This document shows, piece after piece, positions 32,101 to 38,680 of a stretch of DNA of 64,000 nt (the first letter of the stretch is position 1; each line of letters starts with the position of its first letter). The notes under the pieces are model-generated. The model saw only the letters and a program-made list of their open reading frames with translations, had not been told where the DNA came from and did no database searches. This DNA comes from Candidatus Omnitrophota bacterium (GTDB lineage: Bacteria > Omnitrophota > Gorgyraeia > Gygaellales > Profunditerraquicolaceae): the NCBI GenBank assembly GCA_963805065.1, contig CAWDSS010000010.1:600359-664358 (forward strand), given 5' to 3'. The position numbers and the translations under genes were made by a program.

Positions 32101-35100
32101 TTGTGTTTCGGAGTCGCAACCCGTAAATACTACTGCGACATGATACCAGGTATTTGTTGCAACAGGACTGGCGTATTCGTGTTTAAACCAAGTTCCGTTG
32201 AACAGATATGTATAAACGTCTAAATATCCATTCAGTATGTAGATGCCCCATTCATAATTACTGGTTGAGCCTTTCCCCATAACTGAGTAGATATTAGTCA
32301 CGTCACTACCAGTTTTTACCCAAAACTCTGTAGAAAGAACTCCCGTAGTATTAATGGAAAAGGCATCTTGGTCAGAAATGGTTACATAATTACTGCTGCC
32401 ATTACCTTGGAATGCGCTGCCAAATTTTCCGGCTGTTGTCCAATAACTAGAGCCCTGCATTGTTCCAGTATAGCTTTTTCCGCTTGTATCAGCAGTACTT
32501 GCACCACTCCCCTCATTCAACAGCCATTCTCCTTTTAATCCAGTATCTCCATTATACGAATAGCTTGTGCTGGAATTAGCAGTATTAGCATAACTACTGG
32601 AGCTTGTGGCGCTGGGGTTTCCGTAATACATATAAATTGTAGCACCGCTGGTAGGTATTGAATCTACTTTAACCCAGAAACTAGATGTACCAGTACTACT
32701 CCAGGATTCAATCCAGTAAGGTAATTCCTGCATGGTTGAAGGATTGTAGAATCTAATATCTGATCCGTTACTATTTACATTAGTATAAGGGGACCCCATT
32801 GTAGCAGTGGTAAGGCTTACATTAACCTGATAACTAGTTTGGGTTGCTCCCGATGAGTTAGTGATCGGAATAGCTCTATTGTATTTCCAGGTGCCGCCAC
32901 CGGCATTAGATAAGCTGCTAGATACGGGGCTATATAAACCAACATTCTCCGCTGCATCACGTGCTCTGACATAAATGCTCTTTGCAGCGTCGCTACCTTC
33001 CAAATACCAGGCGCTACTAATTGTCCAGGTGGTAGGCGAGGTACTAGTATTAACTGTGGTCCAATTAGTCCAGTCAGCAGCTTTATTATTTGTCGTGCCT
33101 GAGCCGGAATAAACGCCCCAGTTAGTGCCGTCTTGAGAGAATTGCACTTGCAGGCTCGTGCTTGTATTATCAGAAGACACGCCTACCGCCTTAATTAGCT
33201 GTGCATCGCCGGGTGAAGCCATGCCATTGACATAGGTAGGTGAGCCGCCATTCGGAGCAGCGCCGTTGCCATAGATAGTGAAGTTGGTAAGTGTGGGTGC
33301 GACCAAACCAATTTGGAATGGGCCAAGGTCAGCTGTCCCTACGGCGGGAACACCTTCGCCATTATAACCTTGAAGGTGCAGATAATACTGGCCTGAGGCG
33401 CTGGCGATTCGAGTTAAGGTTGAGCTTGACCAGACATTTCCGTCTCCAGCCCAAGTATGAGTGTTATTTGTATCCCAAACATATTTATAATAAGCAACTC
33501 CACCTGAACCAAACGGTAGGTTATTGGTAAAAACCCAGGTGGCGGTATTAGTCCAGGTGCTGCTTGTAGGGGTTACGTTCCAGCTTGCAGAGGGAATTGC
33601 ATAGGTGTATTTTGCGGTGGTTGAGGTAGCATTAGTCGAAACACCATTGCCGTTTTGTGCAGCCACAGACCAAATATACTGTTGGTTACTGTTAAGCCCA
33701 CTTACTACTTTACCAGAAGCTCCACCCCAGCCAGCTGAAACAGTTGTCCACACTGCCGAGGCACCTAAGGTGCCATTACCTTGGACATAATATCCGGCTC
33801 CTGTTCCGCCCCCCATATTCTCTATGGCATAATTAGTATTAGCGGGGTTCGCAGGAGTCTCGGCTACATAAGTTATAGTCATGCCTGTAGTAGAAATATT
33901 GGATACTGCCCACGCCGACGGAGTATTGGCAAGAGAATATAGAGGTTCAATGGAAGCTGTCTGTGCAGTGTTGCTTGTCCAATTTGCACTTGAGCCTGTA
34001 TCATATAAATAAGACCAAACACGGTAACAATAAGGAGTGTTATAGCTGACGGAGGCGTCATCAGAGGTGACTGTGCCTGAGCCTGGGCTGGGATAAGTCC
34101 AGGAATAATCAGTCCAGCTATTTGTGCAACTTAACCCATCACTAGAACCGCAACGCTCTACCCTGTAACCGGTTGCGGTTGATACAGCAGACCAGTTAAC
34201 AGTAAGCTTGTTGGGCTGGGGCAGAGTTGACGGAACACTGATAGAGCAAGCAGATGGCGCGCTGGGAGGAATTACCGTATAAGTTATCGTCCAGTCCGTA
34301 ATATCGCGCTCATTGGCAGAATCTGGGTTAATAGCCATAGTATTGCTATCATCCAAAGTCAACCTTGTCCATAATGCCCGGCCATTTTGGTTTATGGTAT
34401 AGGCAGTGCCACGCGTAATAGGATTAACCGTGGTAACCGCGCCAAATGCTGCGGTAGTTGCATCTGCCACAGCATATTGCAACCCCACTGCGCCTGTATT
34501 GGCAGTAGTCCAGTTTATGGCAATAGAACTCCAGGTTGTATTTAGGCCACGGTCATATAATTTAGAATAATAACCTTTGGAAACTGGTAGAGCGTTGATA
34601 GAGGCGTAGAGCACGTCGGTGGCGTAAATGCCCATACCCCAAACCCCTCCCATGATATACACATAGCCATTGTAGGCTACTGAGCTGTGGCGCGCCCTTG
34701 ATGATCCGATTGCTACCTTGCCAAAATAGCTGGTGGTAGCCCAGGGACCCAAGGTGCCGTTTGAGTTAATAGGGGCGTAGAGCACGTCGGAGAAGGTAAT
34801 GTATGAAGACAGTAAACCTCCTCCTATGATATACAGATAGCCATTGTAGGCTACTGTGCTTTGGTCCGCCCTTTGTCCAGATCCTACGTTGGCAAAAGAG
34901 CTAGTGGTAGACCAGGTGCCTAAGGTGCCGTCGGCGTTAATAGAGGCGTAGCCTACTTTAGAGCTGTAGCCAGTTGAAACTCCTACGATATATATATATC
35001 CATTGTAGGCAGCTGAGCTGAGGTATTCGCTTCCTATCGCGCTAAAATTGCTGGTGGTAGACCAAATGCCTAAGGTGCCGTCGGCGTTCATAGAGGCGTA

Positions 35101-38100
35101 GAGCACGTCGGAATAGTTTGAGCTACCGACACCTCCCATGATATACAAATAGCCATTGTAGACTACTGAGCTGTGGTTATGTCTTGCCCCGCTTCCCACG
35201 CCGCTAAAAGAGCTGGTGGTAGACCAAATGCCTAAGGTGCCGTCGGCGTTCATAGAGGCGTAGAGCACGTCGGAATAGTTTGAGCTACCCCTACCTCCCA
35301 TAATATACAGATAACCATTGTAGGCTGCTGAGGTGTGGCCATACCTTGCGACTCCTGCCCCGCTAAAAGAGTTGGTGGTAGACCAGGTACTTATGGTGCC
35401 GACGGCGTTCATAGAGGCGTAGAGCACGTCGGAATAGTAGTTGCTGGCGCCGTTATACCCTCCCATGATATACAGATAACCATTGTAGGCTGCTGAGGAC
35501 GGGTACTCCCTTGTACTTACACCGTCTAAACCGCTATAATTACTGGTGGTAGACCAGGTGGTGAGGTTTCCTCCCGGCCCCAGCGGGGCGTAGAGCACGT
35601 CGGATAAATAGGCGGTGTTAATACCTCCCATGATATACATATAGCCATTGTAGACTGCTGAGCTGTGGTACGATCTTGCTCCGCCTCCTACGCCAGTAAA
35701 AGAGCTGGTGGTAGTCCAGTTAGCCAGGGTGCCGTCGGAGTTGATAGAGGCGTAGAGTGTGTCGGCGAGGAAGGTGCTGCTATAGCCTCCCATGATATAC
35801 ATATAGCCATTGTAAGCTGCTGAACTGTGGACATACCTTGCTCCGCCTCCTATGCCGGTAAAAGAACTGGTGGTAGTCCAGTTGTCGAGAGCGCCAGTGC
35901 CGTCGGATTTTATGTGTGCGTAGAGTGTGTCGGCGAGGGCGACGCCGCAATTACCTCCCATGATATACAGATAGCCATTGTAGGCTGCTGAGCTGTGCAT
36001 AGATCTTGCTCCGCCTCCTCCTGCTGCACTGTTAAAAGAGATGGTGGTAGTCCAAGTGCCAAGGGTACCAGTGGAGTTTATGGAGGCGTAGAGGACATCG
36101 GAGAGGGAGTTGCCGCTTTGATTGCTCCCTCCCATAATATACAGATAGCCATTGTAGGCTGCTGAGCTGTGGTACGATCTTGCTCCGCCTCCTCCTGCTG
36201 CACTGTTAAAAGAGATGGTGGTAGTCCAGTTAGCCAGGGTGCCGTCGGAGTTGATAAAGGCGTAGAGGACATCGGAGAAGCGGTTGGCGCTTTGATCCAT
36301 CCCTCCCATGATATACATATAGCCATTGTAGGCTGCTGAGCTGTGGTGCGATCTTGCTCCGCCTCCTCCTGCTGCACTGTTAAAAGAGATGGTGGTAGTC
36401 CAAGTGCCAAGGGTACCAGTGGAGTTTATGGAGGCGTAGAGCACGTCGGAGATGTAGTTGCCATTACAACCTCCCATAATATACATGTAGCCATTGTAGG
36501 CAACTGAGGCATGTCGTCCCCTTGCTCCGCCTCCTCCTGCTGCACTGCCAAAATAGCTGGTGGTAGTCCAGTTCCCCGTGCCGCCGGGAGTAAATGGGAC
36601 GTAGAGAGTGTCGGATAAGCTAGAGCCATTCCAACCTCCCATGATATACATATAGCCATTGTAGGCTGCTGAACAATGCATATTCCTTCCTCCGCTACCT
36701 GCATTGCCAAAATAGCTGGTAGCAGCCCAAGTACCCAGGGTGCCATTAGAATTGATAGGGGCATAGAGGACATCGGAGAAGTAAGCAGCGTCGAATGAAG
36801 CATTATTCCCCCCTACGATATACATATAGCCATTATAGGCTATTGAACAATGTATATTCCTTCCTCCGCTACCTGCATTGCCAAAATAGCTGGTGGTGGT
36901 CCAGGTAGCCAGGGTGCCGTCGGAGTTGATAGAGGCGTAGAGGACATCGGAGAAGCCAATACCGTTCCAAGTGTCAGTAGTACCTCCCATAATATACATA
37001 TAGCCATTGTAGGCAACTGAAGTATGGGCATCCCTTGCTCCGTTGCCTTTGCCAGTAAAAGAGCTGGTGGTGGTCCAGTTAGCCAGGGTGCCGTCGGAGT
37101 TGATAGAGGCGTAGAGTGTGTCGGAAAGATAGGTACCGTTAGTACCTCCCATAATATACATATAGCCATTATAGGCTGCTGAGGTATGTATGCCCCTTGC
37201 TCCGCTTCCTCCACTTACGCTGCCAAAAGAGCTGGTGGTAGTCCAGTTGTCGAGAGCGCCAGTGCCGTCGGATTTTATGTGTGCGTAGAGTGTGTCGGAG
37301 AGATAGGTACCGTTAACACCTCCCATGATATACAGATAACCATTGTAGGCTGCTGAGGTGTGGCCATACCTTCCTCCGCTTCCTCCTGCTGCACTGTTAA
37401 AAGAGATGGTGGTGGTCCAGTTAGCCAGGGAGCCGTCGGAGTTGATAGAGGCGTAGAGGACATCGGAGAAGTAGTTAGACCAGTTGCTAGTTCCTCCCAT
37501 AATATACAGATAGCCATTATAGGCTGCTGAGCTGTGGTAATACCTTACTCCGCTTCCGCCGCTTACACTACCAAAATTGCTTGTGATAGCCCAAGTGCCA
37601 AGAGCCCCTGTTGCCGGAGTTTTGCTTCTGATAATTGGTGCACCGGAGGTATTATAGGAAATCATTCCCTCATTATTCCCGCCTCCTCCAGTGGACTTAA
37701 AGTCTGCTACAGTGACGATGTGCACAGAGGGATCAATGCTTATAGGATAATTCAAGTTCCTATAATTCTTAACTTCCAAAATCAGGGACACCCTCGATTC
37801 CAAAGCAGGGACACCCTGCTTTCCAATCGGAAGGCTGTCCCCTTTGGGATTGGTAATCTTGTAGCTGGCTAAATCTTTTCTTTCTTTGCCGTTTGCCTCC
37901 CTTATTATAGGTAAGGGAATTGTATAGAGAAGCTCTGTTTTGGGAGCGTTCTTTCGCGCCAGCTCAATTAATTTGGCGCTTTTTTCATCACCTATCTGAA
38001 TATCACCCCAGAGATATTGGCTGGGCCCGTAAATTCCAATTGAGCCGTCCTGTTCCTGTTTTGCCACTAAATTATTATCCAGTTCCAATTGCCAGCTTAA

Positions 38101-38664
38101 ATTAACTTTTTTGTAATCGCGGCTGCTGGCAACCACAATATCTTCTCTTACGCCGTTATCCAGTGGAGTATAAATAATTGCCTGCCCCTGTCCGAAATTA
38201 TACACTACTCTTCCATTACGCAACTGGGAGCTGAATTTACAATTTTTGTATAAAGCCTTCATAACAAAACCAAACGCAGAATCATCGCGCTTAACCCAAA
38301 CCCTTCCTGCGTACTGAGCAAATGTGGCCTGGAATTTTACTTTAGCCAGCTCGTTGACGGACACAGATGCGCCTTGTTTTTGCGCAGGCGCGGTTTGCAA
38401 ATCGGCATTTTTGAAAACGTAGCTGTCTTTTTCTTTGGCCAGCGTGCCTTTAGTAGGCATGGGCAGGAAGCCTTCGGCAAAGCTTATCAGCTTTTCTCCC
38501 CGCACTTCTTTGGCTGTGGTTTTTAGTTCATTAAAGGTAGCATAGAATCCCAGCGCCAGGCCTGCTCCTAAAAATAAGATCGTCGCCAAACCCACTGTTA
38601 CAGTTTTTGCCAAATGCATTTTTCCTTGTTTGTCTTTTAGCATTTCTTTAATAGTGGTTTGCAT
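20176..38664 (-). CDS. Giant (6162-aa) membrane-anchored multi-repeat surface protein
   Basis: Uninterrupted 18,489-nt ORF with GAGGAG 7 nt upstream of the ATG. Contains an N-terminal signal-anchor helix (VTVGLATILFLGAGLALGFYA), 18 Kelch-like repeats, FN3-like units, DUF2341+LamG, a glycine-rich domain, dozens of ~85-90-aa Ser/Thr/Trp-rich Ig-like repeats and a coiled-coil C-terminus. Confidence 0.85.
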   Translation of the reverse strand: MQTTIKEMLKDKQGKMHLAKTVTVGLATILFLGAGLALGFYATFNELKTTAKEVRGEKLISFAEGFLPMPTKGTLAKEKDSYVFKNADLQTAPAQKQGASVSVNELAKVKFQATFAQYAGRVWVKRDDSAFGFVMKALYKNCKFSSQLRNGRVVYNFGQGQAIIYTPLDNGVREDIVVASSRDYKKVNLSWQLELDNNLVAKQEQDGSIGIYGPSQYLWGDIQIGDEKSAKLIELARKNAPKTELLYTIPLPIIREANGKERKDLASYKITNPKGDSLPIGKQGVPALESRVSLILEVKNYRNLNYPISIDPSVHIVTVADFKSTGGGGNNEGMISYNTSGAPIIRSKTPATGALGTWAITSNFGSVSGGSGVRYYHSSAAYNGYLYIMGGTSNWSNYFSDVLYASINSDGSLANWTTTISFNSAAGGSGGRYGHTSAAYNGYLYIMGGVNGTYLSDTLYAHIKSDGTGALDNWTTTSSFGSVSGGSGARGIHTSAAYNGYMYIMGGTNGTYLSDTLYASINSDGTLANWTTTSSFTGKGNGARDAHTSVAYNGYMYIMGGTTDTWNGIGFSDVLYASINSDGTLATWTTTSYFGNAGSGGRNIHCSIAYNGYMYIVGGNNASFDAAYFSDVLYAPINSNGTLGTWAATSYFGNAGSGGRNMHCSAAYNGYMYIMGGWNGSSLSDTLYVPFTPGGTGNWTTTSYFGSAAGGGGARGRHASVAYNGYMYIMGGCNGNYISDVLYASINSTGTLGTWTTTISFNSAAGGGGARSHHSSAAYNGYMYIMGGMDQSANRFSDVLYAFINSDGTLANWTTTISFNSAAGGGGARSYHSSAAYNGYLYIMGGSNQSGNSLSDVLYASINSTGTLGTWTTTISFNSAAGGGGARSMHSSAAYNGYLYIMGGNCGVALADTLYAHIKSDGTGALDNWTTTSSFTGIGGGARYVHSSAAYNGYMYIMGGYSSTFLADTLYASINSDGTLANWTTTSSFTGVGGGARSYHSSAVYNGYMYIMGGINTAYLSDVLYAPLGPGGNLTTWSTTSNYSGLDGVSTREYPSSAAYNGYLYIMGGYNGASNYYSDVLYASMNAVGTISTWSTTNSFSGAGVARYGHTSAAYNGYLYIMGGRGSSNYSDVLYASMNADGTLGIWSTTSSFSGVGSGARHNHSSVVYNGYLYIMGGVGSSNYSDVLYASMNADGTLGIWSTTSNFSAIGSEYLSSAAYNGYIYIVGVSTGYSSKVGYASINADGTLGTWSTTSSFANVGSGQRADQSTVAYNGYLYIIGGGLLSSYITFSDVLYAPINSNGTLGPWATTSYFGKVAIGSSRARHSSVAYNGYVYIMGGVWGMGIYATDVLYASINALPVSKGYYSKLYDRGLNTTWSSIAINWTTANTGAVGLQYAVADATTAAFGAVTTVNPITRGTAYTINQNGRALWTRLTLDDSNTMAINPDSANERDITDWTITYTVIPPSAPSACSISVPSTLPQPNKLTVNWSAVSTATGYRVERCGSSDGLSCTNSWTDYSWTYPSPGSGTVTSDDASVSYNTPYCYRVWSYLYDTGSSANWTSNTAQTASIEPLYSLANTPSAWAVSNISTTGMTITYVAETPANPANTNYAIENMGGGTGAGYYVQGNGTLGASAVWTTVSAGWGGASGKVVSGLNSNQQYIWSVAAQNGNGVSTNATSTTAKYTYAIPSASWNVTPTSSTWTNTATWVFTNNLPFGSGGVAYYKYVWDTNNTHTWAGDGNVWSSSTLTRIASASGQYYLHLQGYNGEGVPAVGTADLGPFQIGLVAPTLTNFTIYGNGAAPNGGSPTYVNGMASPGDAQLIKAVGVSSDNTSTSLQVQFSQDGTNWGVYSGSGTTNNKAADWTNWTTVNTSTSPTTWTISSAWYLEGSDAAKSIYVRARDAAENVGLYSPVSSSLSNAGGGTWKYNRAIPITNSSGATQTSYQVNVSLTTATMGSPYTNVNSNGSDIRFYNPSTMQELPYWIESWSSTGTSSFWVKVDSIPTSGATIYMYYGNPSATSSSSYANTANSSTSYSYNGDTGLKGEWLLNEGSGASTADTSGKSYTGTMQGSSYWTTAGKFGSAFQGNGSSNYVTISDQDAFSINTTGVLSTEFWVKTGSDVTNIYSVMGKGSTSNYEWGIYILNGYLDVYTYLFNGTWFKHEYASPVATNTWYHVAVVFTGCDSETQIYLNGVKSNILVADYGGGCTNGSAPLTLGAFAGYYWNGILDEVRIYSRALTQTDITAHYLGRQYLSSPPVVGSLGSEATAIGSKTITLDTTPPSVTNSVLTPTSGTYWNGTLNTNAITWSTSLVTDTNLTGTNWTLPINLYYSTDGSNWWTINTASALPNTTGSYTWSPAPGISSSTVQIKLRATDAAMNYSDWTVPTSGTFVIDSTAPSSPPGTPVASGVVTGSNSITWTWTAAVDSVAGIKDYFFCIGTTAGGTDQVSDLNVGNVTSYTWTGASNNNTYYAKVKARNNALIVGAYSGNSSPIACDTASPTITGFTIYGNGTAPTGGSATYVNGMASPGDNQIIKVAGVFDDNSRTSWTFVPTTLEVQFSEDSSTWGVYNGSTNSTTGGSTWAAGTWTAVTASSSNWTINSAWKLSNTDGTKTVYVRVMDGAGNISSRTSKTVTYTQIVQASSDGTADTPASWDGFTPGLSNTGTSNVAITGTGAGASVGLLLRSSGSPTTWTIPSTYTWTVPSSGVGSIQITANGAGGGGVGGTYGYGAAGGSSTGALAVTAGQTYYILVGGAGPATGTTGGYGGGGGGTSNGIYSGSGGGGMTWLGIASTFSTSTAIIVAGGGGGGGATQSQGGTGGGASGANGGSCGSGGGGSGGTSTGGGAGGTGTVTGSHGSAGIGGTAPGGTGNNAGGGGGGYYGGGSGAGSATGGGAGGGGSGYVWSSTSLTNWTTIAGAGAAAGSNGSLTITPFNYNSSGTFESATVNLGGEAQLWTISWTATIPSQCWTVSQATALKFQLATSNSATGPWIYYGPTSTTDYYTVSGTTINPVLTGKQYLRYKVYFATANTLYTPSLTNVTISIVSPLYGSITLDTASPIFNGNVIIAPASGGTYWNGTVGTNAITWSTTAITDATSGLNTTPIQIYYASDGNLGSPTWSIINTATNWSITNSGSYTWTPAPGISSANCKVKIKATDAAMNWTEQATSWTFVVDSTAPPAGSISFTIAGNPSSIYQYVSSASGPIYYNTGGTSGSFRIIATAQDPVSGIQKITFPGLAGFSTGNTAFDVTSSGTTWTANYTWTANSTQNGSVSFTVTNNAGLTTVSNNFSVIQDLTAPASFSLTSPTSSIWTTSTTPAFSWSASSDAGSGLGKYQLYVNGSVNKDNISATWTTGSTITANTINPGIYTWSVAAVDNVNNSQASTQTWTIKITNLGITAPAAGTSWTANTNSNITWSTAGFNEPLDILYSSNGTNWTVDNSTCWTIATNQSGTSYTWTITGDQIATATNSAQIKLQPTSITALNNVAWTTSAGFTVKGVRVTAPNTGSEMWVVGDTNRNITWTSTGLIPSTPIDLYYSSDGGTDWTTIDTQQANLGTYNWYSIPNDVSNNCLVMVSMHGATVSDTSNSAFKIVSPPSITIQSPNSGSSWRMGTNQTIAWTTDYAAANQITIWYTSDGITWTNIGTGTVANPQPTGVSDTQANSTSWTIPELSAATSNAQIKITYASRSEISPTTNWTAVSNTFAIPSSTISLNAVTSPQIAGDTWTITWTTVGTKAATANLYYATDFNPTTPTSATWTLIGQETNNGSYAWVIPTAYSSTSYGLKIEDSNNPSTVYDYTKNAFTVRYPTITLNPFPLSTEPEDSDGAITLVQNDARSITWTTERNLGNNIEIDCISGATVLWSVAGLTDNGSYVWTIPAAAVGTNRQIRIEDGSTPARTQGIQALSYVFKVLNNAKFRVDTPAAGVRIIGGKTYSSVTWTNIGDKANPTNSPAVTIKYVENGVAQTPNLANSSVNSGTYNWNVWLAPSTNAQIEIISNADNTITGTSSAFTVAANITTVLPASGTTWTLGTSNNQISWSTVGKITQVKVEYSPDGSTWTVPNASYTNWTVDNTDPNDSNITLLTTGTYDNNFTKSYYWTVPNNDAYISSGASQIRITGTRAPAINGSDPTNISVTLPITIAVPKISNVTLTQPLGADALYVGDTATISWTWVGNLSSGNSVKVSYTNNNGTTWTACSGAGALANTTASFNWTIPSDAVSINQTQIKVEDTDSSRSASLGQSSTAYTVKAQPSITITSPTGTPQWQVGKGYSITWTASAGVNDGHVQLRANTSDMGWTVLTTTAAQNGTYFWTVPQAALLWTNSTSAGLIEVSDASRAGSAVLGAVVSPDAAWTAIAPQITINSPSSSNNWAVATANLISWSTSGAVSQVNISYDLSYGAGTSWSTIATNLANTSNGSTSWTWTIPDDIGATSVKIVDASRSTVVTKTSGEFNLVGSITLAQPPNVVVNDSVNITWTSAGTFTPVNLQLSTDGSNWYDMNHTAQNSFTQVPNSGSSGSFSWTIPNAITSTAQVRIYDPNYPSVAVSTSNPFNIGTQPTLTITSPLTNPSWRVGSAGNTITWTGSANANDNINVEYSTNSGTNWTAIATGQPRGYPSAASFSWTVPQAALGAAATNASAQLRIRDMTRTQTQMTNTLLPQVTITQPAITVGNLSGYQVVTETPAITWSTAGGEGSATYAATIQYNSTSGGGSFTNVSGGASVTSNSNGTSTFTWTVPNDVGASQIKVFDSYRQSTTAATSNSFTICGMFNNVNLSGSAVTAGSALTINWTTTGRIDQANVELIYYRDGDVNLTSAQTISSADLSSWNIGNSSGSCVWTVPTTVDASYINTALRIRIIDTRVPTDSTSYKDTTTTFQINGSVSAPNPPALGASWTVGTGNVITWTTTGNITRVKLLYTTNASAGTPTWTVLNASANWSVTPNANAATNYTWTVPDNISSDCKIQVEDANDLTVSATSGTFNIKGNLNLISPVGGENWTIGTTHNITWTTTAGSASMATVKLEYSTDYGTSWTTVVESYDTLNDGIVGNTGSFSWTIPADYSIGNQQVCLVRVSQPNGLSNVSVSPSAFIIALPAIGILQPNGGEELTQYQTYNLGYSDQVNPTGGIKWTNTGTVGNVKIEWCPDYTTNQTWATIESNWPNNGAYYNFSPATVTATARIRISDAANPSVVAVSNANFSVLPPPMITSINHPTTTDAWIMGTTQTISWTKQGLVSDNLLLEYSYDNGVTYSQIYSGAMHGATSYNWAIPNSFAITSDSPARVRITDSGNSATPVEVSAQWTVKIPTVSMIRPNGGEVWAVGDLAPIAWTTQGSITANALQIAYSTNSGQNYAAPFANSLANSGTYTWTVPAIVQGINERLRVMDGSRPNSSGASVANFTVIAAPTIATFLTPPPNGVAYVVEDPMTINWTIRGLAIDHVAIDYWNDADQDGSLDGTETATVIAVNIPKGTSDTADAYSGSYTGSYTWTVPDNATATSTLKMRVRGYDSNGNLLATAVSPGWFRITGGFDFRDETVNSEEFLNSTDWKANTLHSITWYNKGAFPSLKLEYRTATDQSTLPLASWTTINSFTNVPNANNISGYAWTVPDPNFANLPAEPPADYYVQLRVSSTSDATIFAVSPAFTISYYTLTWRIRDDETMTLLTTGLGVDSSGGGSTYWNVIVGALDVATGSTTFTWRYPQGTYTTIWSKSGYYDTSDVDRIVSQDALVDVLMESTTPKEYRVQSSFSYNEDTNTLMIRLWLEKQGYLVVSDSINALGSATVAVSYGSSTLWTATAASADPTTGSYFIQVPNATTTGGLESGKTYFANCSISYGGTSGTRSTYTSGATFDISISEQLKQMTQMIQTATDAINTTTAAIANQTQSIQKTIQDSVVNAIQPQVSAITQQTSQILTATNTAIPNAITAAQNNITGTLNTEIKPQVQSGILNRDTAVKSGQAVIISYRTTTGLSPTIDVYDPKNMLKISKGRMIENGTSGVYDYTVTFLAGWGTGDFTVVCSETTKGTVDAQVITVYNTDIADVAGQVSAVLGSTTGITGLKSVADTLNSQFNLVDDALTKLSQGLTGKAEQAQGVLTQVETVYKQLDDISAQIDKMSGAGGINLKKLYEVAKEKKDDMVYLKNKTEELKAAMDLNSKMVENVAKKPVVQTWFEFK
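29880..30600 (-). other. Glycine-rich domain of the giant protein
   Basis: WTVPSSGVGSIQITANGAGGGG...GQTYYILVGGAG...AIIVAGGGGGGG...GGGSGYVWS. This resembles the bacterial/ALK-type 'glycine rich protein' domain; the DNA is runs of ccacc/gccgcc. Confidence 0.55.
31920..32900 (-). other. DUF2341-like plus LamG-like (concanavalin-A-type) module of the giant protein
   Basis: DIRFYN...LPYWIESW...FWVKVDSIP...IYMYYGN matches the DUF2341 pattern. It is followed by GEWLLNEGSG...WYHVAVVF...LDEVRIYSRALTQTDI, the Laminin_G_3 pattern. Confidence 0.65.
34590..37640 (-). other. Kelch-like repeat region of the giant protein (18 repeats)
   Basis: The motif (A/V)AYNGY(L/M)YI(M/V)GG recurs 18 times at ~47-55-aa spacing, each followed by SDVLYA.INSDGTL..W.TTS.F. 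This is consistent with three 6-bladed propellers (inference). Confidence 0.7.
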
Positions 38665-38680
38665 TGTTCGCTCCTCTTTT

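Noticed and set aside
36078-37517. Four 80-125-aa minus-strand ORFs (36078-36410, 36426-36803, 36840-37214, 37275-37517) with repetitive Pro/Thr/Leu-rich translations inside the giant gene
   Set aside because: They are alternative-frame readings of the Kelch repeat DNA. Their periodicity mirrors the main-frame repeats, and they have no independent start or SD context. The 6162-aa frame explains the region.
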